Positions 9,608 to 19,284 of a DNA stretch of 64,000 nt are shown piece by piece. The notes under the pieces were generated by a model. The model had not been told where the DNA came from and did no database searches. It saw only the letters and a program-made list of their open reading frames with translations. Each line of letters opens with the position of its first letter. Position 1 is the first letter of the stretch. Made by a program: the position numbers and the translations under genes. The stretch is taken from NCBI GenBank assembly GCA_021159005.1, contig JAGGSN010000078.1, positions 8,489-72,488 of the forward strand, written 5' to 3'. Origin of the DNA: Candidatus Zixiibacteriota bacterium. GTDB taxonomy: Bacteria; Zixibacteria; MSB-5A5; UBA10806; 4484-95.

Positions 9608-12600
9608 GTGAGCAATACCGAATTAAAATATCTAATCCCTTATTTGCCGGATATATTAATCAATACTGCTGATTGTGATATAAACAATACCGAAAATAGA
9701 ATTATAAACGGAACATTGCTGTTTGCCGACCTCTCGGGTTTTACCGCTATGTCCGAGAAATTGGCCATTATGGGCAGACTGGGCGCCGAAAAATTGGCTG
9801 GCATAATGAATAACTGTTTTAATCCGCTTCTGGGATTGGTTTTTGCTACTGATGGTGATGTTGTCAAATTTGGAGGGGACGCTTTTCTTGCCCTTTTCAC
9901 CGGTAAAGATAATGGTTTAAAAGCTTTCAATTGCGCCAATAATCTGATTAACTGGGTAAATGAGAACAGCAGAATTTCCACATCAGCAGGTGATTTCACG
10001 CTTGGCATTCATGCCGGTATAAGCAAGGGCGATATTTTCAATTTTACTATAGGCAGTAAACGGCGCGATCATCTCTTTTGCGGACAAATAGTCGAGAACG
10101 TTTATGCCGCCGCTGATGCCGCTGAACTTGGTCAACTGGCAATGACAAAAGAAGCCGCCCGGTTTTTTAATAACCTTGATTTCAATGAAACCGATGACGG
10201 GTTCTATATCTGCCAAAATTTAAGTAAAACCTGTAATTATAAACCGGCAATAAGATCTATCGCAGAAAAAACTGCCGCTAAACTATGTTTGGAAAAGTTT
10301 ATCATAACAGGCCTTCAAGACCAGCTTCATTTCAATAACGGTATAATCGAGGGTGAACATCGGGTTCTAACAAACCTTTTTATCGGTGTAAATTCATTAA
10401 GGAAAAACCTTGAGGCCAATATCGATGAATCCATTTCGGTTATAGATGAATATTTTACCATACTTAACGATATTATTATAAAATATGGCGGCGCCTTTGC
10501 TCGGCTTGACTCCAGCGGAACTTCTGAAAAGATGCTGATATTTTTCGGCGCGCCGGTGTGTTCCGGCCGTGATGCTCAAAACTGCTTGAAAGCTGTTTTG
10601 GAGATAGAGTCAGCGATGCAGGACATAAATAAAAAATTCGCTTACCCAATTAAGCATCGCTACGGCATCAATACCGGCCTTTGTTTTGTCGGCGATGTTG
10701 GCGGACAATGGCGGCGAGAATATACGGCTATGGGAGATGCTATCAATCTGGCAGCGCGTTTGATGTCTAAAGCTGATTACGGGGAAGCTTTAGTAGGTGA
10801 AGAAACAATAAAAATATGCGGCAATGATTTTATTACCTGTGATGGCGGTCATGTTAAGGTAAAAGGCAAACAAAAACCGGTTAAAGTATATTTCCTTGAA
10901 AAAGAATTTATTAAGGAAAGCTCAACTGAGCTTATTATCGGCCGGGAAAAGGAACTAGAACAGGTTCGCTTATTTATCGAAAAAATTGCAAATGATAAAA
11001 GGGCATTCTTGTTAGTTTCGGGAGAACCGGGTGCCGGAAAATCGCTTTTATGCGGCAGGATTAAAAATATCTCTATCGAAAAAGGACTGCTAAACATTGA
11101 GAGCGCCTGCTTCAAGCATACGGAAAAAACGCCTTACGTCCCTTTAAAGGCATTGCTAAGCGGTCTTTTGAAGTTATCGTCAAAATCATCGCAAAAACAA
11201 AAACGAGCAGCTCTTCAACAACAGATTAGAAATATAGGCGAAAGCGAATGGGAACCATTAATAGCGCCTTTGTTGGATTATTTTCCAGCAGTGCCGCCAG
11301 AGATAAAGAATTTACCGGATGATATTAAGAAGCAAAAAATCAACGATATCCTGAGTCGTCTAATTTGTGAAATCAATAGTAAAAACCGGTCTCTGCTAAT
11401 TATCGATGATATCCAGTGGATAGATGAGACATCGTTTAATATAATAAAAGCGTTAAAAGGATTAAATAATTCACCGGGGATTGTATTTATCAGCCGCCCC
11501 GGTAAAATTTATGATGAACTGACTAAATCGTCGGATGTGACGAACATTAATCTTGGCGGTTTGACATCCGAAAATTCCCGCAAGCTGTTTTTAACTATTC
11601 TGGAAGGTATATTGCCCTCTGAGGATATCATCCAACAAGTTATAGAAAAATCCGGCGGTAATCCTTTTTATTTGGAGGAGATGGCTCGAGCCTTTATAGA
11701 ATTAGGTTCTGAAAGATTTAACGCCGCTGATAATATACCATCAGGTATAGAATCGGTTATCACCGCCAGAATCGATAATCTTGGGGAAATGGTAAAAAAA
11801 ACCGTTCGCACTGCCAGCGTAATAGGCAGAGTATTCCCATATAATGCTTTAAAAAATATATTCCCTGATAGAAAAAGGGTTGGCAAATTGCGGGAATATA
11901 TCGAAAATCTGGCGCATCTTGATTTAACTCCGCTTGAAAGACAACAACCGGTGTTGGAATATATTTTCAAACATATTTTAACTCAAGAAGTTGCCTATAA
12001 CGGCTTGCCATTTTCATCTCGAAAAAGCCTTCATATTAAAACTGCCGAGTTTTATATTAGTAAAAAGCGGTTTTTGAAACGCAAGCCTGATGTTCCCGCT
12101 CATCATTACCTTTTAGCCGGCGAGGAGCTTAAGGCTTTACCTTATCTATTTATGGCAGGGCAAAAAGCGGTTTCCGAGTTTGCCAGCAGCGAAGCTTTCG
12201 GATTTTTTAATAGAGTTATTGAAATATCTGAAAAACATAACAACAAAGAATATCTCGCTAAAGCGTTACAGAACAGCGGCGAACTGGCAAAACACACAGG
12301 CAATTACAAACTGGCAGAGGAGAATTATTCGCGACTGAAAATGTGTATGGCGGGGAATATCACTATGACAGCGTTGGCGTTGCGTGAAATTTCACTGATT
12401 CACCGTCTGACAGCTGACTATGACAAAGCCGAAATAATTATCGATGAACTGGGAAAACTTCTGCCCGATGATATTCCCATTAAAATATTTAATCTCAATG
12501 GCAAGGCGGAAATCGCCCGCCGCCGGGGTAAACTTCAAGATTGTCGGGAATTATTACTAAAGGCTCTGAAGTTATGCAGGGAAAACGACCCTCCCCCGAA

Positions 12601-13672
12601 TTTGGAGGCAGTTGTTTACAATAATCTGGGTATTTGCCACTGGAGTATGGGTAAAATAAAAGAAGCTGCCGTTTACTATAAATCAGCCTTAGCCCTATAT
12701 CGTCGATTGAAAGATTTAAACGGACAGTCAAAGATTGTAAATAATCTAGGTATTATAAGCGATGAAATGGGCAAACTTCATCAGGCAGCCAATTCATATG
12801 AAAAAGCGGAGAAAATTTTCATACGTATCGGAGCTTCCCGCTCAGAGGCATTCGCCTGCGCTAATCTTGGTACAAATTTTTCAACCAGAGGCTATTTATT
12901 AAAGGCTGCTGATAAACTAAACCGGGCACACACAATATTCAAAAAAATCGGCGATCAACATAGTTTAGCATATACAATCGGCGACCTTGGGATAGTATAT
13001 TTGCGTGAAGGGGATATCGGGAAAGCTAAAAATTATTTAGCAGATGCGCTTGAAATGGCGCTTCAATTGAAAGACGAAGAGTTTATCTTAGAATCAAAAG
13101 TCAGATTAGCGCGGTTAAGACTTAACGAAGCCAAATTAACTATTTCTGAAGTTGAGAAGTTAATTGATAAAGCCAAAGAAGTCGGTTCGGCGGAATTGGA
13201 AATCAAATCCCATATACTTAAAGGACTATTACAATTAAGCACAGGCAATTACGATATTATTAATGGTACTATTGAAATGCTAAATAATATGGAAGAAATA
13301 AGGAATTACCCCGAACTCGAATTGGAATTATCGAAATTGAAAATCCTATTTCATTATATATTTAATGACAAAACAATCGCTATTAAGTTATTAAACACGG
13401 CATTCAAGAAAGCAATATCGGGCGATTTAGCCATAATGGTGTCTGACTTGATAGTAGTTGGCAATGGCTGCGGTTTGATGTTGGAAATTCCATCGAATAT
13501 ATCAGGTAAGATTAGCCAATATTTTGAGAGACTGAAAAATAACATGGAATCTGCCAAACATGAACAACTTATGGTTTTCATCAAAAGAAAGACTGAATAT
13601 TTAAAAAGTATGTTAGCCAATTGTCAAGATAAGCAAAATCAGTCAAAAGTATTGGATTTTACCAATAAATAG
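9608..13672 (+). CDS. Tandem class III nucleotidyl cyclase domains fused to a STAND (AAA_16/NB-ARC-like) NTPase and a TPR array
   Basis: First cyclase homology domain has 'FADLSGFT' and 'GDAFLALF'. Second has 'GDAINLAARL'. Walker A 'GEPGAGKS' at about aa 475. The C-terminal ~450 aa are TPR-like repeats. GTG start. Confidence 0.8.
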   Translation: MSNTELKYLIPYLPDILINTADCDINNTENRIINGTLLFADLSGFTAMSEKLAIMGRLGAEKLAGIMNNCFNPLLGLVFATDGDVVKFGGDAFLALFTGKDNGLKAFNCANNLINWVNENSRISTSAGDFTLGIHAGISKGDIFNFTIGSKRRDHLFCGQIVENVYAAADAAELGQLAMTKEAARFFNNLDFNETDDGFYICQNLSKTCNYKPAIRSIAEKTAAKLCLEKFIITGLQDQLHFNNGIIEGEHRVLTNLFIGVNSLRKNLEANIDESISVIDEYFTILNDIIIKYGGAFARLDSSGTSEKMLIFFGAPVCSGRDAQNCLKAVLEIESAMQDINKKFAYPIKHRYGINTGLCFVGDVGGQWRREYTAMGDAINLAARLMSKADYGEALVGEETIKICGNDFITCDGGHVKVKGKQKPVKVYFLEKEFIKESSTELIIGREKELEQVRLFIEKIANDKRAFLLVSGEPGAGKSLLCGRIKNISIEKGLLNIESACFKHTEKTPYVPLKALLSGLLKLSSKSSQKQKRAALQQQIRNIGESEWEPLIAPLLDYFPAVPPEIKNLPDDIKKQKINDILSRLICEINSKNRSLLIIDDIQWIDETSFNIIKALKGLNNSPGIVFISRPGKIYDELTKSSDVTNINLGGLTSENSRKLFLTILEGILPSEDIIQQVIEKSGGNPFYLEEMARAFIELGSERFNAADNIPSGIESVITARIDNLGEMVKKTVRTASVIGRVFPYNALKNIFPDRKRVGKLREYIENLAHLDLTPLERQQPVLEYIFKHILTQEVAYNGLPFSSRKSLHIKTAEFYISKKRFLKRKPDVPAHHYLLAGEELKALPYLFMAGQKAVSEFASSEAFGFFNRVIEISEKHNNKEYLAKALQNSGELAKHTGNYKLAEENYSRLKMCMAGNITMTALALREISLIHRLTADYDKAEIIIDELGKLLPDDIPIKIFNLNGKAEIARRRGKLQDCRELLLKALKLCRENDPPPNLEAVVYNNLGICHWSMGKIKEAAVYYKSALALYRRLKDLNGQSKIVNNLGIISDEMGKLHQAANSYEKAEKIFIRIGASRSEAFACANLGTNFSTRGYLLKAADKLNRAHTIFKKIGDQHSLAYTIGDLGIVYLREGDIGKAKNYLADALEMALQLKDEEFILESKVRLARLRLNEAKLTISEVEKLIDKAKEVGSAELEIKSHILKGLLQLSTGNYDIINGTIEMLNNMEEIRNYPELELELSKLKILFHYIFNDKTIAIKLLNTAFKKAISGDLAIMVSDLIVVGNGCGLMLEIPSNISGKISQYFERLKNNMESAKHEQLMVFIKRKTEYLKSMLANCQDKQNQSKVLDFTNK

Positions 13673-13866
13673 GGAATTTTCCCAATAATTCTTAGGCGTT
13701 TTATCCGCAATTAAATCATTGTCGTCTTTTCTATTATATTTAATAACAATAGGTTATAACATTCTGCAGAAAATCCCGTTTTTGGGATAATTATATGCTT
13801 ATTGAATATTTCAAAATAGCTAAAGAAATAATTAACAAAAAGGAAGTAATAAACAAGGAGAAAAAC

Positions 13867-14454
13867 ATGAACAAGATGGTGAGAAGCTGTACTTTATTAA
13901 GTATTATAGCAGTATTAGTTGTTGGTTTAGTATTCTCCGGTTGTTCAAATGACACCCCTCTCGGTCCTGATTCTAATGTCGAACAGACGTCATTAAATAG
14001 AATGATTCTGCCGTTGGGAGGAAGCACTACAACGCAAAGTAAGGGCGGTGGTGTTGGTGATCTAACTGTAGTTACGGCAGTTGAAGTTGATAAAGTAATA
14101 AAAGCTTCAAGTGGCGGAAAAATAGATATTGTTGATAATTCTTATGAACATCTTTTTACTATTCAAGAGAATGCCATTCCGACCGATACGCTGATTACTA
14201 TTGCAAAAACTCATGAAATGGTTAATGAAAATGAATCGGCTGTTTTTGAATTTGGTCCTGATGGTTTGGTATTTAGCAGTTCTTCTGTTCTCGAATTTGA
14301 AATGGCAGAATTAGACTCTTCTGCCGCTACTGCAAAACTGTACTATTATGACCCTTCTGATGAAACTTGGGATTTGCAGGATACTAAGTCGGTTGTTGAT
14401 GGCAAGGTTGCTTTCGATATCGATCATTTTAGCAGATATGCAATAAGCGATTAA
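13867..14454 (+). CDS. Hypothetical lipoprotein
   Basis: The likely true start is the ATG at 13867, preceded by AGGAG. The ORF track starts at 13795. Signal peptide ends in lipobox 'VFSGC'. Confidence 0.45.
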   Translation: MNKMVRSCTLLSIIAVLVVGLVFSGCSNDTPLGPDSNVEQTSLNRMILPLGGSTTTQSKGGGVGDLTVVTAVEVDKVIKASSGGKIDIVDNSYEHLFTIQENAIPTDTLITIAKTHEMVNENESAVFEFGPDGLVFSSSSVLEFEMAELDSSAATAKLYYYDPSDETWDLQDTKSVVDGKVAFDIDHFSRYAISD

Positions 14455-14481
14455 TAAAAAAGGGTGGAATATATTAAGTAA

Positions 14482-14509
14482 AGCCTGCCATTGGCGGGCT
14501 TTTTTATTT
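14482..14509 (+). terminator. Rho-independent terminator
   Basis: Hairpin AGCCUGCC-AUUG-GGCGGGCU followed by UUUUUUAUUU. Sits between convergent genes. Confidence 0.7.
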
Positions 14510-14604
14510 GCGCCAAAATGCAGAGTTATTGATTGCCAAGCGGTACTTGGCAACCAATATGTAGAATTTTCGTGTGGCAGGAGCTCTTTCCTGCCATTTT
14601 ACAA

Positions 14605-16746
14605 TCATGGCTTTTCAAAAGCGTTATCGGGTATATCCGGATTGATATTAAATTTCGTTATCTCTATCCGGCCGATTTTCTGGCCATTAAGTTTTCTGTG
14701 TGTTACAAACGGGATTTTTATACCTTCAGTCTCTATGAAATTATCATAAGTTTCCTCAATAGTGCCATCGCCCAATGGCGACGAGCCCCAATAGGATTTC
14801 GAGACTATAATATTATTCTCGGCATTAAATCCTATCCTGCAAACTCTTTCATCGTTTTTATCAAGCAATACAACAAATTCAACGCGAGTATCACCGACAA
14901 CATCCTTGCCGTCATATACGGCTTTGTAAGTGGGGTTATCCGACATCCGGCAAATACATATCGTATTTCTCGCTATATCTTGAATATCCTTTTTAATGTC
15001 CTCATCGGTTTTCGGCACAAGCTGGCCAGCTTGGTCGGCTTTCCAGCCTTTATTGCCGTTTCTGATATCAAACATCTCCCGACCCATCATATTAACAACC
15101 GTTCGATTTTTATCCGGGTAAACATCAAGGCTTTCGATTCCAATCGGGAATTCGCCCTGCGGGGTCATAATTGTAAAAGTTGCCTTTGTTGAAACAGAAT
15201 TTATTTTCTTGAAATTTTTCAACCCACCATGAGCGGCAACTGCCATATCTATTAATTTTTTTCCTTTTGCCAGGTTTTCCGGGGTTATTGAAAGCTCGCC
15301 GGCGGTCTCGCCCGATGGGATTGTAATATCGATTTCATTAATCGAACCCATATTTAGCTCCGTTAAAGGCAAATCGAAATCTTTGGCATCTCCCAAAACC
15401 AATATCTTAATCGCATCCGGCCTAAGATTTTTCCGGGCGGCTTCAATTACATCATTATCGGTTACTTTTTCTACGCCCTCTTTTTGCTTGAATATTAAAT
15501 CTTCCGGCAAGCTATAAAAATCGTAATTCATCAGCCTGCCAATAACCTCAGATTTGGAATCAAAATTAAATACAAATGAATTCAGATAGCCATCCTTGCC
15601 CAATTTCATCTCATTTTCGGTTGGCGGGTCTGTCTGCATACTTTTAATTTGCTCTAACATTAATTTTATCGCTTTAACAGTCGTTTGAGGTTTGGTGGAA
15701 GCATAAGCATAGAAAATGCCGGGATATTCTATATTGGCTGAATATCTGCCAAAAGCCACATAGGCTAAACCCTCTTTTGAACGAACATTGTCTGTCAAGC
15801 GGCTACCGAAACCTCCGCCAAGCACACTGTTCATTACTATCCGAGCCGGGTAGTCTTCATCTGCAACAAGTCCGCCGATATGTCCCATTAATATGTAAGT
15901 TTGAGGCAAATCCTGTTTGTAGATATAATTAACGGTGTTTTCAAATCTATAATCTACCTTAGGAGGAAGGGGAACTTCAATATTGCCTTTCTGCCAGTCG
16001 CCAAAATACTTTTTCACCTTTTTTATTACATCTTTTTTCTTAAAGTCGCCCCAAATCGCTATCTGGATATTTTCAGGGTGATAATATGTTTTATGGAAAT
16101 TAAGTAAGTCATCACGAGTAATAGAGTTAATGCTTGCATATTCAGCATGACGGGCATAAGGTGATTCGGAGCCATAGATAAGCTTTATATATTCTCTAAT
16201 GGCAATTGGAAACGGCTCATCGTTGCGGCGGGAGATTGCAGTTCTTGCTTGGACTTTAGCCAGTTCAATTTTGTCCTCATCGAATACCGGACGGCGCAGG
16301 ATTTCTGCCAGAACCTGCAAGCCAAGGTCGGTGTATTCGCTTAATACTCTCACTGAGGCATTCCCGGACAATCGACCGATGGATGTTTCCACGCTGGCGC
16401 CGATTCCCTCAAGCATCTCGTCGATATCATCGCCAGTCCATTTTTTCGTGCCGCCGGTACGCATCACAGTACCGCATAATGAAGCCAGACCAACCTTATC
16501 GGCAGGTTCGAGATAAGAACCGCAGTTTACTCTAACAGAAGCCTCAAATGTCGGCAGACTTTTATCCTCAACTAAGTAAAGCCTGATGCCATTATCGAGG
16601 GTGGTTTTATCTACTTTGGGAATCTCAAGCTTATTCAATGGAGGAAATTCAAGATTGTCAACTTCCTGGGCGCTTAGATTTATCGAGCTAAATATCAAAA
16701 CCAGCGCTATAAATACCGTTAATATCATTTTATTTTTAAGCATCAT
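14605..16746 (-). CDS. M16-family peptidase-like protein, probably the non-catalytic partner
   Basis: 713 aa with signal peptide and insulinase-like fold. No HxxEH motif. Immediately downstream of the active M16 gene. Confidence 0.65.
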   Translation of the reverse strand: MMLKNKMILTVFIALVLIFSSINLSAQEVDNLEFPPLNKLEIPKVDKTTLDNGIRLYLVEDKSLPTFEASVRVNCGSYLEPADKVGLASLCGTVMRTGGTKKWTGDDIDEMLEGIGASVETSIGRLSGNASVRVLSEYTDLGLQVLAEILRRPVFDEDKIELAKVQARTAISRRNDEPFPIAIREYIKLIYGSESPYARHAEYASINSITRDDLLNFHKTYYHPENIQIAIWGDFKKKDVIKKVKKYFGDWQKGNIEVPLPPKVDYRFENTVNYIYKQDLPQTYILMGHIGGLVADEDYPARIVMNSVLGGGFGSRLTDNVRSKEGLAYVAFGRYSANIEYPGIFYAYASTKPQTTVKAIKLMLEQIKSMQTDPPTENEMKLGKDGYLNSFVFNFDSKSEVIGRLMNYDFYSLPEDLIFKQKEGVEKVTDNDVIEAARKNLRPDAIKILVLGDAKDFDLPLTELNMGSINEIDITIPSGETAGELSITPENLAKGKKLIDMAVAAHGGLKNFKKINSVSTKATFTIMTPQGEFPIGIESLDVYPDKNRTVVNMMGREMFDIRNGNKGWKADQAGQLVPKTDEDIKKDIQDIARNTICICRMSDNPTYKAVYDGKDVVGDTRVEFVVLLDKNDERVCRIGFNAENNIIVSKSYWGSSPLGDGTIEETYDNFIETEGIKIPFVTHRKLNGQKIGRIEITKFNINPDIPDNAFEKP

Positions 16747-16758
16747 TTAAACCTCGCC

Positions 16759-18264
16759 TTAGTTTTCTATAGTATTCATAACACCAACCGTGCAATTATC
16801 ACGGTTAAGGTACTGTTTAGCTACCCGTTGAATATCCTCAGCAGTGATAGCGTTTATTTTATCTAATTCATTGAAAAGTTCGCGCCAATCACCAGAGTAT
16901 GTCTGATAAGCGGCTAATTGCGCAGCCAATCCCCCATTGCTATCGAGGTTAAAGATTAATTCGGCTTTAGCCCTGGCTTTTATTTTTTCAACTTCTGCCA
17001 AAGGTATTAATTCAGTTTTAAGCTTTTCGATTTCGGTCAATATCTGTTTCTCGCACTCTTCATTCGAGTGGTTTTGCGATGGTATAGCATAGACGAGAAA
17101 TAAACAGGGATATTTGCTGGCAGGATAACCGGGATACACGCCAACCTGAACCGCAATTTTTTTCTCTTTAACTAAGTTTTTATGTAACATTGATGTTCTG
17201 CCCTGACCAAAGTAATCAGCCAATGCTTCAATAGCCAGCCAGTCAGGATGAGTTGACTCGGGGATATGCCAGCCAGCCACTAATAATGGCTGAGAGGGGT
17301 CTTCCATATAGACCCGCCGTTCGCTTTTCTGTTCGGGTTCCACAGTAGTTACCGGTTCCGGAGGAGATTGATAGGGAATCGAGCCCCAGTATTTTTCAGC
17401 CAGCTTTATTATATCCTTAGTTTTAACATCTCCGACAACGGCAATGACCATATTTGAGGGAACATAATGCTCCTTATAAAAAGCCATAGCGGCTTCGCGG
17501 GTGTAATTATTGATGTCGCTGGTATGTCCTATAATTGCAATGCCATAGGGATGGGCTTTAAATGCGGCGGCTTTCATTTCATCAATCAATCGTCCGAATG
17601 GACTGGATTCAAGCGTCATTCTGCGCTCTTCCATAATAACATCACGCTCTTTAAACATCTCCCGCAACACCGGTTCTTTGAACCGCTGTGATTCCATAGC
17701 CATCCACAGTTCAACTTTATTGGATGGATAGCTTGATGTATACATAGTGAAATCCATTGAAGTGCCGGCATTCAGACCAACACCTCCTTCGCGTTCTACA
17801 ATTTGGCTGAATTCATTGGGAACTACCAGTTCATAGGAGGTTTCACGAGCGGTATCATACGCCTTGTTTAATATTGCCAGTCTTGTCGAGTCGGCATAAC
17901 GGCCTTTTAGCCGTTCTTTGCGCAATTCCATAAATATTGAGTCTTCTGCTGCAATCAGTTTTAGTTCTTCCTCGATATTTTTACTGCCGATATATTTAGT
18001 TCCCTTAAAAGCCATATGTTCAAACATATGAGCCAGACCAGTATATCCCTTGGGATCATCCGAGCCGCCAACATTTGCCCAGGTTACAAACGAAACTACC
18101 GGCGCGTCATGACGTTCCATGATAATAATCTTCAGACCATTATCCAGATTGTATTCTGTAATTTTCTTTTTGACTTTGGAAAAATCGAAACTTGATGCAG
18201 TAGTCGTCATCGTCAGGATAACACAGATTGTAATCCATATAATCCGGTTAACTGTCTTGTTCAT
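16759..18264 (-). CDS. M16-family zinc metallopeptidase (pitrilysin-like, active)
   Basis: HxxEH zinc motif 'HMFEH' in 'GLAHMFEHMAFKGT'. Signal peptide. Confidence 0.8.
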   Translation of the reverse strand: MNKTVNRIIWITICVILTMTTTASSFDFSKVKKKITEYNLDNGLKIIIMERHDAPVVSFVTWANVGGSDDPKGYTGLAHMFEHMAFKGTKYIGSKNIEEELKLIAAEDSIFMELRKERLKGRYADSTRLAILNKAYDTARETSYELVVPNEFSQIVEREGGVGLNAGTSMDFTMYTSSYPSNKVELWMAMESQRFKEPVLREMFKERDVIMEERRMTLESSPFGRLIDEMKAAAFKAHPYGIAIIGHTSDINNYTREAAMAFYKEHYVPSNMVIAVVGDVKTKDIIKLAEKYWGSIPYQSPPEPVTTVEPEQKSERRVYMEDPSQPLLVAGWHIPESTHPDWLAIEALADYFGQGRTSMLHKNLVKEKKIAVQVGVYPGYPASKYPCLFLVYAIPSQNHSNEECEKQILTEIEKLKTELIPLAEVEKIKARAKAELIFNLDSNGGLAAQLAAYQTYSGDWRELFNELDKINAITAEDIQRVAKQYLNRDNCTVGVMNTIEN

Positions 18265-18399
18265 TCAGACCTCCTTAAGGTTTACTTATAAGAACAGCTG
18301 ATAAATTAACATAAAAACCTATAAAAGTTAAGTGTTTTATAAAAATATGCAGGGATTTGATTATTAAGCCGTGCGATGCACATAAAATCTGATGTTGAG

Positions 18400-18516
18400 A
18401 CTACAATCTTGCCAATTCAATTTGCGGACCAGCAGTTGCTTTTGATAAAAGCAATAATCCTAAAACAATCATTGAGAAAACCATAATTGCTTTATGGCGT
18501 TGATTAATAGACAGCA
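18400..18516 (-). CDS. Candidate small membrane peptide (38 aa)
   Basis: Minus-strand ORF MLSINQRHKAIMVFSMIVLGLLLLSKATAGPQIELARL preceded by GAAGGAGAA. Too short for the ORF track. Confidence 0.25.
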
Positions 18517-18705
18517 TACTTATTTTCTCCTTCTCGCGATGGTTTAAAGCATACGTTTATTATACTTAATAAACTACGGAAATTTTCGTAGAAAGTTTTA
18601 ATAAAAAATGGGGAATGCTAATAAAATCCTATTAGCTCCATAATCAATAAACTGTTATGGATATTAGGACTGTTTCATTCAATAATTTTTGATTGGTTTT
18701 AAAAT

Positions 18706-19083
18706 CTACTCAAAATGCGCATAACCCTCATCAAATGAGGCATTAGAAAATGTGGATTCCTGTATCAAATGCTCTATAACTTCCACATTAGCCGGTGAAA
18801 TACTCACAAGCTGAAAGCCGGAATCATAGAGATCGGGATTAGACGCTTTTTTGCACCATTTGCTTTTTGCGCCGAAAGAAATGGATTTCTTCCCTTCTAT
18901 GCCAACAGGCAATACCATCCTTAGCTGAAATGTTCTATCCGTTTCAATAGGTTCATCGCTGATTAGCTTCATGCCATCGGTAGTAATATCTACTAAGCGT
19001 CCTTTAAGTTCATGAGTATCCTCATCGAATATTCGCGAGTAGTAAAATGTATGTCTTCTCGTGAACTGTCTTTTTTCTGTCAT
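18706..19083 (-). CDS. PilZ-domain protein (c-di-GMP-binding type)
   Basis: N-terminal 'RQFTRR' (RxxxR) and 'DITTDGMKL' (DxSxxG-like) motifs. 125 aa. Confidence 0.55.
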   Translation of the reverse strand: MTEKRQFTRRHTFYYSRIFDEDTHELKGRLVDITTDGMKLISDEPIETDRTFQLRMVLPVGIEGKKSISFGAKSKWCKKASNPDLYDSGFQLVSISPANVEVIEHLIQESTFSNASFDEGYAHFE

Positions 19084-19284
19084 AATTGCCGCTCCTTCAA
19101 CAATGTCTTTGATAAACTTGCTTAACGGTTAGCTTGTTAATTTTTGTAATGAACATTCATTTCTTTTCTTGCAATATCTGATTAAATTATCGGCTTTATG
19201 TCAATATAGCTTAACCCTTATCGAAATATTTGTTAAACGATGATATCCGCTTTAAGCTGCTGTATTATAAGCTTAGGTTTTTTT

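Noticed and set aside
7620-13672. Canonical Pycsar or CBASS operon
   Set aside because: The cyclase is a 1354-aa STAND/TPR fusion, not a compact PycC or CD-NTase. The cNMP-binding protein carries a histidine kinase, not a TM, TIR or nuclease effector. It is kept only as a hypothesis in the findings.
13795-13866. Upstream extension of the lipoprotein ORF to 13795
   Set aside because: The extension is Lys/Glu-rich and not signal-like. An AGGAG RBS precedes the internal ATG at 13867, which then yields a proper signal peptide and lipobox.
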